Numbered from the stretch's first letter, positions 11,712 through 23,680 are shown. The stretch is DNA of 55,362 nucleotides from Octopus sinensis (GCF_006345805.1 NW_021833724.1:1-55362), one strand, 5' to 3'. Numbers and translations: made by a program. The notes: generated by a model from the letters alone, not told the origin.

Positions 11712-11712
11712 T
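10602..11712. repeat. Two long (TA)/(TATG) compound microsatellites (10602-10910 and 11065-11712)
   Basis: Directly visible. Confidence 0.97.
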
Positions 11713-11776
11713 TCGCTTTTGTATTTGGTTTGCAAAATCCTTGATGATGGGGAAAACACACACATATATATATATG

Positions 11777-11905
11777 TCGGGCTTCTTTCAGTTTCCGTCT
11801 ACGAAATCCACTCAAAGCTTTGATCGGTCTGAGGCTATAGTAGACAAAATTTACCCATGGTGCCACGCAGTGGAACTCAATCCTGAGTTATGTGGTTGGG
11901 AGCCT
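11777..11905 (-). mobile_element. SINE-A 5' half, diverged
   Basis: GGGCTTCTTTCAGTTTCCGTCTAC...GGTGCCACGCAGTGG, matching the reverse complement of the 737 copy. Confidence 0.8.
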
Positions 11906-12059
11906 AAATTATGGATATAATTTTAATTTATTAAATAATTGTTTTGTATCACTTCATTAAATGCAATGCCACCCCTCCCCACATAACTCTAACATCAATG
12001 TAGGTGTTTGCCTAAGCAAAAAACAAAAACATTCCTAAATATATTAGTGACTAATAGAG

Positions 12060-12290
12060 TGCAAGCCACGGGGAGATAACTCTAGATGTTTCAGCCTAGT
12101 TTGTGGCTCTTCAGCTGATGTAAAATCTCACCGTACTGCCTGACATGTTATGAATCGGATTAAGTCGTTTTCTAAATTTGACGAAAGGATTAGGAAAGTT
12201 CACTTTTAACATTGTTTGAACTCGTGACGTTGAGGGAATGAAGAATATTTAGCCTGAAACTCTGCCTTTTACATTCCTCCGCTGAGTATC
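12060..12290 (-). mobile_element. Possible Penelope-like 3' end with a degenerate hammerhead (12084-12116)
   Basis: The reverse complement contains CTGAAGA-GCC-ACAAACTA-GGC-T-GAAAC-ATC. Confidence 0.35.
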
Positions 12291-12363
12291 TACAAGAGAG
12301 AGAGAGAGAGAGAGAGAGAGAAGACAATACAAATATCCATTTAACTTCAGTCTTTCTCTCTCT

Positions 12364-12432
<69 letters not shown>

Positions 12433-13793
12433 TCCTCAATGACACACCAACAAACGATGACTGATATCGGATACTATAAAATGGGGATTTTAACAGATAA
12501 AAATAATCGTTACAACCGGAAATCATTTTAAATATTTGTTTTACAAGTAACTGCGAAAAGATGGCGGAGTAGAGGAGATGGGGGAGGAGAGGATGAGGAG
12601 GAAGAAGAGGAATAATCCTTAGTTTCTTCCTTTATCCTTTTTCTTTCTACAGAAACCATTTCCTTCTTCCTCTCCCTTCTCTCTCTCTCCCTCTCCCCCG
12701 TTTCTATTTCTCTTGCTTTCTCTCTCTCTCTCTTTCTCTGCATCTTCGCGACGCTGCCACCGTCCGTTCCTTCCTCTTCTGTCTCGGCTCGTTCCTTCCT
12801 CTTCTGCCTATTTCCGTCTCACTCCTTTTCCTCTCTTTCTCAAACCTGACCCTATTGTTAATGTCGAAGCTGCTCTGACCATTTCTCTGTGTCTGGAAGC
12901 ATCGCTACAAAATGGTAAATTAAATGCCCAAGAAAAAATCCTGGACTAATCCATTCGATTCACACCTCCAAAAACCCTTCCCACCCACCTACCCCTTGCG
13001 ACTTACCATTTTCTGTTTCTCATTTCTCATTCACCCAAATTCAAAGCTCAGCAACGACCGCACGATTCACATTTTCTGCATTCTTCGAGGAATTTTTTCT
13101 TTGATTTTCCTTTGTTTTGTTCTTCCAATAAATATCAAATTTAAAGCCGCGTTCCTGATATGACCATCTTGTTTGGTCGGATCGTTCCTTTATTAGAAAG
13201 AAAACTTTTATTATATTCGTCGTTTTTTGTTTATAGTTATAGTTTTCTAAAAGTTACCTTTACTCAAACATTCTCAAACAGATTATTTAGCAGATGGACC
13301 ATTAAATGAGATAATCCTCTAATCCGCCAGATAAACTATGTCATTACCAGATTAGGATTAATTAACTAAACAAATTATATACCTTAGTGAATTATATACC
13401 TTAAAGGTGAAAAATATGCTGTGTAAGAACGTGTGTACGTATATATATATATATATATAAGAGCTCCTGTCAAGCTCAAACAAGTGCAACGGGCTGATAA
13501 CAGAGTTAATCAAAGCCGGGTGGATTCGTTATTTTTTCTCTTTACCTGCGTGAGTTGTTGAGTTTTGCTTTCTGGGAGATATCTTATGGTAGTAAAATAG
13601 TATTTTAACTGCTATTTCTAAATTTCGGTATGTGGTGAAGCAAATTTTGCTGAATCCTAATTATAATTAAGCTCATAATTATAGAATGTTTGTATAAGTT
13701 TACCGATAATGGTTCTTTTAACATAGCGAACTACTTGGTAAAATTATTAATTATTAATTCATTAATTAATTTTATCCCTTATTATTATTGATA

Positions 13794-13848
<55 letters not shown>

Positions 13849-13945
13849 ATATATAATTTCTGGAAGCAATATCCACGTTAGGGATGTTAAAAACAATCCC
13901 GATGCGAACTGGGTTTGACCAAATATATTGATAGGAAGATCACCA

Positions 13946-13988
<43 letters not shown>

Positions 13989-14533
13989 AACAGTCTCATA
14001 AAATTAAAAAGTCAATAAAAGGGAGAAATTAAAAATATATTTGGGTTTTTTTTTATTTGTATCGCAATTAGAAAGTGATGCAAATTAAAAGATGACAAAA
14101 TATAGCTAAATGAGTACAAAAGTTATTTCATAACCCGAGACTAAAATACTCTTATTTTTCCTGAAGAGATCCAACAATCTACAGATTATTGCATCTTTGA
14201 AAGATACTGTTATTGGGGATTCTTAAACATTGTTATATTGAAACATATATATATGTATGTAGAATATCTTTTTTCTTTTTTGGGGGGTGGGGGATATTTT
14301 GAGGTTATTTTGTTGGTTGAGGCGGTTCCTTTTACACTCTTACAGGTTTATTTTTTTCATCTTTTAATTTGAATTACTTTTCCAATTGTAATACAAATTA
14401 AACAACCGAGCGTCCTTTTAATTTTTCTTCTCCATTTTCTTTTATAATTTTATATATAACGGGAAGCTTTACGACAATAAACAAAAGACGAAGGCAGGTG
14501 GAGTACAAACAAACAAATGTATTAGTAAGGCGC

Positions 14534-14815
14534 TCAGATTTTTAATAGAATCAGGTGTTTTGAAGTTGAGAATGTTTTTCTTAGGGTGTGGACAGTGCCA
14601 GTGAGAAGAGTGTTTTTTGTAGTTTTGATACTTTGGGGTATTCCTGGTATTTGACCATAGTGTTGGAGATCGTCTTTTGGCATTGATCCCAAAGCTTCGA
14701 TGGTTACTCTCCTTGAGACTTCTATTTCAAATTCCTTATATTTATTTAAATTCAAATAATTTTACAGATGAGTTGAAGTCTGCTGGGATTGACATATCTA
14801 TGGGCAGACATATGT
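14534..14815 (-). pseudogene. R4/Dong-like RLE non-LTR C-terminal fragment (second subfamily)
   Basis: ICLPIDMSIPADFNSSVKLFE / LNKYKEFEIEVSR / IEALG / QIPGIP / LLTGTVHTLRK match the RLE C-terminus (LID.sIP.D...K.sKYkdLEIE...GALG...GT.h.LRK). Confidence 0.8.
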
Positions 14816-14822
14816 TGCCATG

Positions 14823-14846
14823 GTTTTATCACCATCATCGTCGTCG

Positions 14847-14893
<47 letters not shown>

Positions 14894-14960
14894 GCACCAT
14901 CAGCAGCAGCAGCTGCATTCTCATCGCCACTATTATCAACATCATCATCATCATCAATAT
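14823..14960. repeat. (CAT)n microsatellite
   Basis: Directly visible. Confidence 0.95.
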
Positions 14961-15295
14961 AATCCTTTCCTCGACAAAAGATGACTTTTACTACCCTATC
15001 TCAAGATAAACAATAACTTTGACCCCTAATCTCCCTACTTAAGGGACACATCAGTGTCCCCCACCCCATTAACAATGTCTTCTTTCTTCATTTAAGGCCC
15101 TTATAATCCCAGATTGTTACTGAGTTGGTGAGGGACGAGTCTGTAATTCAAATATAAAACAGCTCTGGCTCACACCCAAACACACACACGCACACAAATT
15201 TATGTATCTACATGCGCACATACATATTCATGCAAGCATATATATGTGCGTGTGTGCGTATTTATGCATACATATGCACGTAAGCATTTGCGTTC

Positions 15296-15331
<36 letters not shown>

Positions 15332-15344
15332 AATATATATATAT

Positions 15345-15643
15345 TCTGCCACAGAAACCAACCACCGAAAGGAAATGGGATGGACCACGCATCACCGGCC
15401 CCAAAACGGAGGTACGCAGATGTGGTGCGTACCACAAACCACCAACGTGTTGTTGAAAGGGCAGCTGCTGAGCAGGAATCTTTTTTGTGCATGGCACAAA
15501 AGATTGTACAGCAGCTAACCTGGCTCCATCAGGCTCAGGCCCGCAGATGGAACTGCCCACGGTTCACAAGACCGTCACAGCAGATGGACCCAGGGTGGAC
15601 ACCGCCGGCAACAGCATACACCTCACCTCGATGCTCCTACTGA
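15345..15643 (+). pseudogene. Putative C-terminal remnant of LINE ORF1 (low-complexity, Pro/Gln-rich)
   Basis: Open frame (...PKRRYADVVR...PRCSY*) directly upstream of and overlapping ORF2. The position is typical of ORF1, but I recognise no domain. Confidence 0.5.
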
Positions 15644-18590
15644 ACATCAGAGGACTACTAACACACAGTAACAGGACAAAAGTCCCGTTCCTGAGAGACT
15701 TTGTCGCATGCAATCAAGCCTTATGCATAGCACTCACAGAAACGCATCTGAAACCGGACATAGCAGATGCGGAATTACACATACCACAGTATGTTGTACT
15801 ACGGACCGACAGGAAAGAAAGAAGTCATGGAGGAGTTGCTATGTACATCCGTGGGGACCTCACACCCCAGGTCCTTTTGTCATACTCAAACTCGGTGTGT
15901 GACACACTAATTGTACACATAAGGCAACTTGATGTAGTTGTGTGTGCTACATATCGCCCTCCAGATGCCCCAAGTCATATGGGCAAGTTTGAGGACTGCC
16001 TTTTAAAAATAGAAGAAGTTCTAACCACATTAGAACAACACATAAGTGTACTTCTCATGGGAGACTTCAATCTACCGAATGTCAGATGGCCCGAGGGCCT
16101 TTCTCTCCCAGGAATGACAAGATGTGAACGAGGACAGGCGAGGTCCCTCCTGAACCTCACCAACACCCTGTACATGGAGCAAGTAATACTCCAACCAACC
16201 AGAGCAGGTAACACACTGGATCTCTGCTTCACAAATAATATGGATCTCATCCATAATGTGAAAGTGACACCGACACTACTCTCGGATCACAACATGGTAG
16301 AGCTGACAATGTACGGGCCAAAAGAAAGCACGGACATGCAGCCTACAAGAAACCCTCAGAATCTTTCCAGCTTGAACTTCAATAAGGCAAACTGGAAACA
16401 AATTGAGAAAGAGATCCTCAAACAAAACTGGCCTGAATGTCTCTCCTCGCCGGACATCGACATGATACTTCAACAATTCATGTCTGTAATGCAAGCCATA
16501 TGCTACAAATGTGTCCCAGAGAGAAAGGCCACTGTACACAAGAACAAAATCCCCAGAGAGAGAAAAATTTTAATGAGACGGCGTACAAAAATTTCAAATC
16601 GCCTAAACAAACAAATTGAAAGCAGTGAAAAGTCCCGCCTGAAAATAAAACTGTTGGAAATTGAAAATTGTCTGCAACTCTCCCATGAGAAGGAAAGAGC
16701 GGACAAAGAAGCCTGGGCTATAGACAACATAAAAACTAACCCCAGAGCTTTCTACAGGTATGCCAAAGAAACAGCTACGGTGCACTGTAGGATAGGGCCA
16801 TTCCTTGGAAAGGATGGCACACTCACAGGAAAACCAATGAGGGTAAGTGAAATACTGAATGAACAATTCAAGAGTGTTTTCACTCCACCCCTTGGGCATT
16901 TCCAAATCAGCAATCCAACTGACTTCTTTACCACTGCAGATATAGAATCAGAGGCGGCGACGATAAATTACATCGATATAAAAGAAGACGATGTAATAAA
17001 GGCTATAGATGAAATGAAAATAGACTCAGCTATTGGCCCCGATGGATTCCCGGCAATCCTCCTAAAAGTATGTAAGAGAGTCTTAGCAAGACCACTGCAG
17101 TTCCTCTTTCAGAGCTTCCTTGCAGCTGGCAAACTTCCAAGAAAACTGAAGGAAGGTAAAATATGCCCTATTCATAAAGGAGGTAGCAGAGCGGAGGCCA
17201 AGAACTACAGACCTATCTCTCTGACCTCACACATCAGCAAGGTCATGGAACGAATAGTCAGAAGGAAACTAATCACCTTCCTTGAAGAAAATGACTTGCT
17301 GCCTGGCACCCAACATGGTTTCCGACCAGAAGAAGCTGCTTAACTCAGCTCCTGCAGCACTATGACTGGGTGCTGAAACAACTGCTCAACCACTCAAATG
17401 TGGAAGTCATATATCTCGACTTCGCAAAGGCCTTCGATAAAGTCGATCATGGAATGATATGTCACAAACTGCGTGATCTTGGCATAGTTGGAAAACTAGG
17501 AGAATGGCTTCACGACTTTCTGAAGAATAGAAGTCAGGTGGTAGTAGCCAATGGGGCCACTTCCATTAGCACGCAAATAGTGAGCGGTGTTCCACAGGGC
17601 ACTGTTTTGGGACCACTACTGTTCATAATGGCCCTCTCAGACATGTCCTCAGCCACGCGGAGAGCCACGATCACAAGTTATGCAGATGATACAAAAGTTT
17701 CACAGGCAATACAGAACCCTGAAGACACTAGGCGCCTGCAATATGAGCTGGACGAAATATACAAGTGGGCTGAAAAGAATAGCATGCAGTTCAATACTGA
17801 AAAGTTTCAAGCTTTATACTATCAGCATGCAAAACTGAATGCAATACCCAAGGAATACACTGGACCCGGAGGGATTGCAATCCCAGAGGCACAATCAGTG
17901 CGTGACCTGGGTATTCACATGAGTGATGACGCGACCTTTCATGTACATGTTGCTAAACTGAAAATGAAATGCAGACGGCTGGCTGGATGGATTCTTAGAA
18001 CCTTTAGAACAAGAGAACAAGAAACCATGATGGTCCTCTGGAAGACACTTGTCCTAAGTCACTTTGACTATTGCTCTCAGCTATGGTCACCATCCAGTGT
18101 CAAGTTGATCACAGAACTTGAGGCGATCCAACGAAGCTACACGAAGAAGATAGCCTCTATGCAGAATGTAAGCTACTGGGAAAGACTCAAGAGATTAAAA
18201 TTATATTCCCTGGAGCGTAGGCGGGAAAGATATGCCATAATATACATCTGGAAGATCCTGGAGGGAAGTGTCCTGAACTTTGGCATCGAGAGTTACGCAA
18301 GTGCCAGAACTGGGCGCCACTGCGTGGTGCCTAGGACTCCAAACTTGCCATCAAGATGTAGGACAAGATTCTGTGATAGCCTGGGCTTCCGAGGCCCACA
18401 GCTCTTCAATACCCTCCCGATGAACCTGAGAGACCTGCATGGGGTGGATACAGATGTCTTTAAAATGGAGCTGGATCTCTTCCTGTCAGGTGTCCCAGAT
18501 GAACCAACGTCACGGCAGGAGGGGCAGATGAGGGCAGCTGCATCGAACTCTCTCATGCACCAAATAGCAGTTGCTAGAAAGCCTCCATGA
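15631..18590 (+). pseudogene. LINE ORF2 (apurinic endonuclease + reverse transcriptase), about 986 aa once a 1-nt deletion at 17329/17330 is corrected
   Basis: APE motifs LNIRGL, LTETHL, GDFNLP, LDLCF, SDH. RT motifs NYRPISLTS, QHGFRP[G]RSC, YLDFAKAFDKV, SGVPQGTVLGPLLF, YADD, RDLG, YSLERRRERY. The two ORF-track pieces (15487-17343, 17370-18590) join with one inserted G. Confidence 0.95.
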
Positions 18591-18658
18591 AGTGAAACCA
18601 AGTAGCAACACCAAATGGCGGTGCCCCAGCATGGCCACAGCTCATAAGCTGAAACTAG

Positions 18659-18690
<32 letters not shown>

Positions 18691-18692
<2 letters not shown>

Positions 18693-18706
18693 ATGTGTGT
18701 GTTTAA

Positions 18707-18740
<34 letters not shown>

Positions 18741-18819
18741 AAATATATATATATATATATAATATATATATATATAATATATATATATTAAATATATATA
18801 TATATATATAGTATATATA

Positions 18820-18864
<45 letters not shown>

Positions 18865-18865
18865 A

Positions 18866-18909
<44 letters not shown>

Positions 18910-18968
18910 AATATATATATATATATATATAATATATATGTAATATATATATATATATATTATATATG

Positions 18969-19004
<36 letters not shown>

Positions 19005-19140
19005 ATATATATATATATTTATGTACATATACGTATACATATATATACATATTATATACATGTATATACATATATACATATATACATACAAGCACATATT
19101 CACACACAGAAATACTCTCACACACATACACACACATACA
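18691..19140. repeat. (TA)n / (CA)n compound microsatellite
   Basis: Directly visible. Confidence 0.97.
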
Positions 19141-19269
19141 CTCACACACTCACACGTACGAACGCACACAACCAGTTACACACATGACAACACATGTGTC
19201 ACCATGGAAACCTTGCGGTTTTGCTGATTATAACTATGGAGGATAGAAGAATCCAAAAACAACAGCAAT

Positions 19270-19600
19270 TACGAGATATTACAACAACAACAACAACAAC
19301 GACAACAATAACGACTACGACGAGGAAGGATTAAAGCGGATTATAGTTTAAGAAGTCGAGGAAATTAATCGTCACGTGCTGGGTCTCACTTGACTTTGTT
19401 ATTAACACTCGAGATACTATAACCAAAACTACAACCGCTGCTGCTGCTGTTGCTACTACTACTACTACTACTAAGTGTACCAAAACCACCATCAGCATCG
19501 CTGTTGCCATAACAACCGTTGTCACTACTACCAGTGTGACTGTCACCACCCTCACTGTTCCTATCCCAACCCCCTACAACAACATCACCATCACTATCAC

Positions 19601-19634
<34 letters not shown>

Positions 19635-19830
19635 TCATCATGCTGAACACCATCATCATCTCCGCAATCTTCGTCACCGCTTCCATCATCATCACAACCG
19701 CTAACAAACAACATCAAACATCACCATCATCATTACCATCATCATCACGTTTCCAAGAACATCGCCACCACCACCACCATGATCACTGCCATCACCATCA
19801 ACACCACCGCCACCACACCAACGCTACAAC
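19270..19830. repeat. Mixed trinucleotide low-complexity tract (ACA, CTA, CAC, CAT)
   Basis: Directly visible. Confidence 0.85.
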
Positions 19831-20794
19831 CCCCACACTCCGATCGATATCCGTTGTTCTGATGACCAGGAGTGACCCCGTGTCGTATAAAAAAAAATGT
19901 CTTCTCGTTCAAACAAACCTAAAACTTCGTTAAAACACAAACACAGCCTCGTAAGTTTACCTTACGTTATTAACTTATCGCATTGACCGGCAGAACCTCG
20001 GGTCACTCATTAACTCTCCTTTCATCCTTTTCGGGTGAGAGGTTGGATAGAAGAAACTACTTAATTAGTGCGGTGGCTTTGCGAAAATGTAAGAAAGCCA
20101 AGCTGGATGTTCCAATCTTCGCGTTCTGAGTTCGAATCACGCCGTGGATTATTTGGGGATAAATTTAAGTCGCTTTAACGCCACTAGGTGGTGCTTTAGG
20201 TATTTTAGCGGAGGCCACTGTGTTGCAAGCATTCAATCAGGTGTTTTTGCTTTCGGGACGGTCTTCCCCTCTCCTCTCAGCAGTTTTTTTTTTGGGGGGG
20301 GGGGGGGTCTTATAATGCTGCACGGACATCGCTTTTCCTCCTGATTGCGTATATATGTAGACCAGCCGAAGGATCGATTAAGCGTCCATGTGCAACGGAT
20401 GCGTTTTGTTAGATTATTTGAAACTCGTGTAAGCGAAATAATCGTCAATGATACACTTTCATTCCTTATATCTTTATTATTTATTAAATATTTCTAAGTA
20501 TTTCTAATAAGAAGGATGAATCGAATTTTTGTAGATATGGTGTAAAATTTCGTTAGGTTTTCTATAACAGTGATATTGGTAAACATCAATATTTAATGTG
20601 ACATCCAGAAAATTAATTGATCAACTCGATATAAATTAACAAGAATCTTTCTGCCTGTTTTTTTAATGCTTTTTATTCATGTTAATAAGTATTAAAATGC
20701 CGCTTCCTGACATAAAACAAGGATTATCATTTTTCTTTACCCAAGAGTTGTTATCAAAAGATAATACAGACTTCACTACTCTTTTTTTTTTAAT

Positions 20795-21068
20795 ATGCTA
20801 CTTATTTTACCGGTCTTTTTTGCCGTACCGCTAGCTTACGAGGCCATATGCACACCAGCATCATTGTGAAGTGGTGGTGAGAGCAAACACACACACACAT
20901 GTATGTATAAAAAGGATTCTTTTAGTTTTCGTTTACGAACTTCACTTACAAAGGCTTTGCCCGGCCCGAGGCTATAGCTGAAACCTCTTGCCGAAGGTGC
21001 CACTCAGTGGGATTGAGCCCAGAGCCATATGGTTGGGGAGCCAACGACTCACCACACGGCCGCGCCTT
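20795..21068 (-). mobile_element. SINE-A, diverged and lacking the 3' tail
   Basis: CCGGCCCGAGGCTATAG...AAGGTGCCACTCAGTGGGATTGA...CACCACACGGCCGCGCCT matches the reverse complement of the head and core. Confidence 0.8.
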
Positions 21069-22280
21069 CGACTATTTGTTGAAAACTTATGTGATCTTTT
21101 TAAATGTATGTTCCTAATGAACTTTAATTGGTCTTTTCCAAATGGCTTCACCAATACATTGGAAAATGCTTAAAAAAACATTGAACTTATGTTCAGGGCT
21201 TCATTCCAGTTTCCACTTTACTAAAATGTAGGCAAGCTCTTTAATTCACTCTTCTCGTGAAATATTCCTCATAAGACATTTCCTATGTTTTTGTGACAGT
21301 ATGATGATACATTTTGTTGAGAAATGTAAAGGGTAAATTTTAAACGGACACACAGACAGACAAACAGAGAGAGAGAGAGAGAGGAGGGAGAGACCAGGCT
21401 GCGTTGCTCAGTAGATTGATTTGTACAAACTAAGTCACATAACTGATTCATGAACGTCCATTCGTTGAACTCCTCAAAAAACTTCGTTCTCTCTCACACA
21501 CCGTCTTCGAAACTTTGGTAAACTTACAAAACCTATTTACGCTTAACAGTTCGATCCCTGCCAACTGCTTCCTTCTATGCATCTTGCACCTATTCTTCAA
21601 AGCGGGATGTGGGTGGGGGCATAACAGTAATAAAATTTGACTATTTGGTGTAGAGGTTATTTTAAATAAAACGACAAAAAGCAAGCAACAGAAATTGAAA
21701 AACTACAAAGGTTCGGTTAGATTCTGTGAGGTCTTCAACCGCTCACAAACACGGTAACACATCTCATTTGTGCGTGTCCATGGGGTCAGTGGTATCAAAC
21801 CGGATACGGTTGTTTACGCTAATCATCCTTTCCCTCTTGGTTTCCGGTATGTCGAGGAAGTTGAAGGGAAGTTTGATAGAACCTGTCAAGCTATCAACCG
21901 AATCATTGAAAATCAGTAAAGATATTCCTAAAGGCTTCCCGCAGCTAACATGATCAGTTTGGCTCCCCGTGGTTTGATGGCAGTTGCAAAGATGGTAACA
22001 TAAAGAACAAGATTGAATCTGCAGATGCTGGAACCATGTTTTCCCAACATTGGAATGGTGAAAATACTGGAAACAGAACTGGTGTTAATCAAATTATTAT
22101 AACTTTTAGGACTGTTACCTCCGTCGTTTCAAACATTTACATCTTGTCTATATTTTGATAGATTCTCGTATCAAATAATCTCCAGATGTCTTATTGGTGA
22201 ATCCATACTTAATTCCAGACTGAATTCGAACTAGGAACCTTTATTTATAAACTAAGGTTAACGTTATTATCCACTACGCT

Positions 22281-22482
22281 AAGGCGGCGAGCTGACACGG
22301 AGGGTAAAATGCTTATGAGTATTTCGTCTGTCTTTACCTTCTGAGTTCAAATCCCGCCGAGGTCGACTTTGCCTTTCATCCTTTCGGGGTCGATAAAATA
22401 AGTACCAGTTGAGTAATGGGGTCGATGTAACCGACTTACCCCCTCTCCCTAAAATTGCTAGCCTTGTATCACAATTTAAAAC
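22281..22482 (+). mobile_element. SINE-B with the alternative (B') tail and a 19-bp target-site duplication
   Basis: CGTTATTATCCACTACGCT (22262-22280) versus CGTTATTATCCATTACGCT (22483-22501). Confidence 0.9.
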
Positions 22483-22930
22483 CGTTATTATCCATTACGC
22501 TGGCGAGAACTTAGTAATGGTCTGTGTCGGCAAATAGCATGAGTACGAAGGTCACAAAATGGTAATTACTGATCCAAATTATGATCATTGCCGAGAAGAT
22601 GGGGTCTCTGAGGTTTAAGACGGAGCCCTTCAAGAAGTTTTACTGTGAAGAAGAGGAGAGATCTAAGGTTTTAAATGAGAGCTCTTCATTAAGATATATT
22701 GCTAAGAGAAAAGGCAAAACTAGAGGTTGAAAGCAGGGTCCTTCGTTGAGATATATTGATGTGAGGAAGAAGAGAGATATGGCGAATAGGACCGAGACTA
22801 AGTTATATCGGATTCTATTCGTTCTTCTTAGAACATAATGAACAGGTTTGAACAAAATCTAATAAATGACTCCTGACGACGGTCGGAGGGCAAACTGAGA
22901 AAACAGTAAATATCAAATAAAAAGTTTGGA

Positions 22931-23340
22931 ACTGTAGGAGTGTCTGTGTGGTAAGAAGTTTACTTCCTAACCACATGGTTCCGGGTTCAGTCCCACTGCG
23001 TGGCACCTTGGGCGAGTGTCTTCTACTATAACCTCGGGCAGACCAAAACTCTGTGAGGTGCGTGTGTGTCTGTGTGCATGTGTGTGTGTGTGTGTGTTGT
23101 GTGTGTGTGTGTGTGTGTGCGTGTTTATGGCTGTGTTTGTCACTCACCACCGCTTTACAACCCGTGTTGGTGCGTTTACGTCCCCGTAACTTAGAAATTC
23201 AGTAAAAGAGACCGATAGAATTAATACTAAGTTTAAAAAATATAATTCCTGGGGTTGATTCGTTCGACAAAAATTCTTCAAGGCGGTGCCCCAGCCTGGC
23301 CGCAGTCTAAAGACTGAAACAAGAAAAATATAAAAGATAT
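22931..23340 (+). mobile_element. SINE-A, full length, moderately diverged
   Basis: Head, core, internal (TG)n and tail GGCGGTGCCCCAGCCTGGCCGCAGTCTAAAGACTGAAAC. Confidence 0.9.
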
Positions 23341-23394
23341 GAGAAAACAATTAACGAAACTTTTTTCGGTTATTATTAGTTAAACATTCAGGTG

Positions 23395-23680
23395 TCAAAG
23401 TGAAGGACTTTTCTGTGATCCTCGACCAAACATTCAAGTTCCCAGAACAGGATCCAACGCAAGAAGATCAATCAATAAAACAGCCGCCATACTTGTTATA
23501 CTCGCGTCACTTCTCTCGATAGAGAAGTATTCCAATGTATGGTCCCTAATTACAGTTACGTGCACTGGGCTAACTTGTCTAGTGACCATACGGACAAGAA
23601 GCGACGGTGTTGGTCATACAAACCTCCAACCATTTGGAGAGTTGCCTACTAACACTACCCACTCGGCCACGCGAACTAGT
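23395..23680 (+). pseudogene. Possible ancient CR1/L2 RT remnant
   Basis: VKDFSVILDQTFKF (cf. VkDLGVi.D..L.F) and LESCLLTLPT (cf. yeeRL..LnLptL). Weak. Confidence 0.3.

Larger units (their letters stand above)
15345..18690 (+). mobile_element. 5'-truncated CR1/L2-group (Jockey superfamily) LINE with (AATC)8 tail
   Basis: ORF1 remnant, APE and RT domains, a short 3' UTR and (AATC)n at 18659-18690, embedded in a TG/TA microsatellite. Confidence 0.95.
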
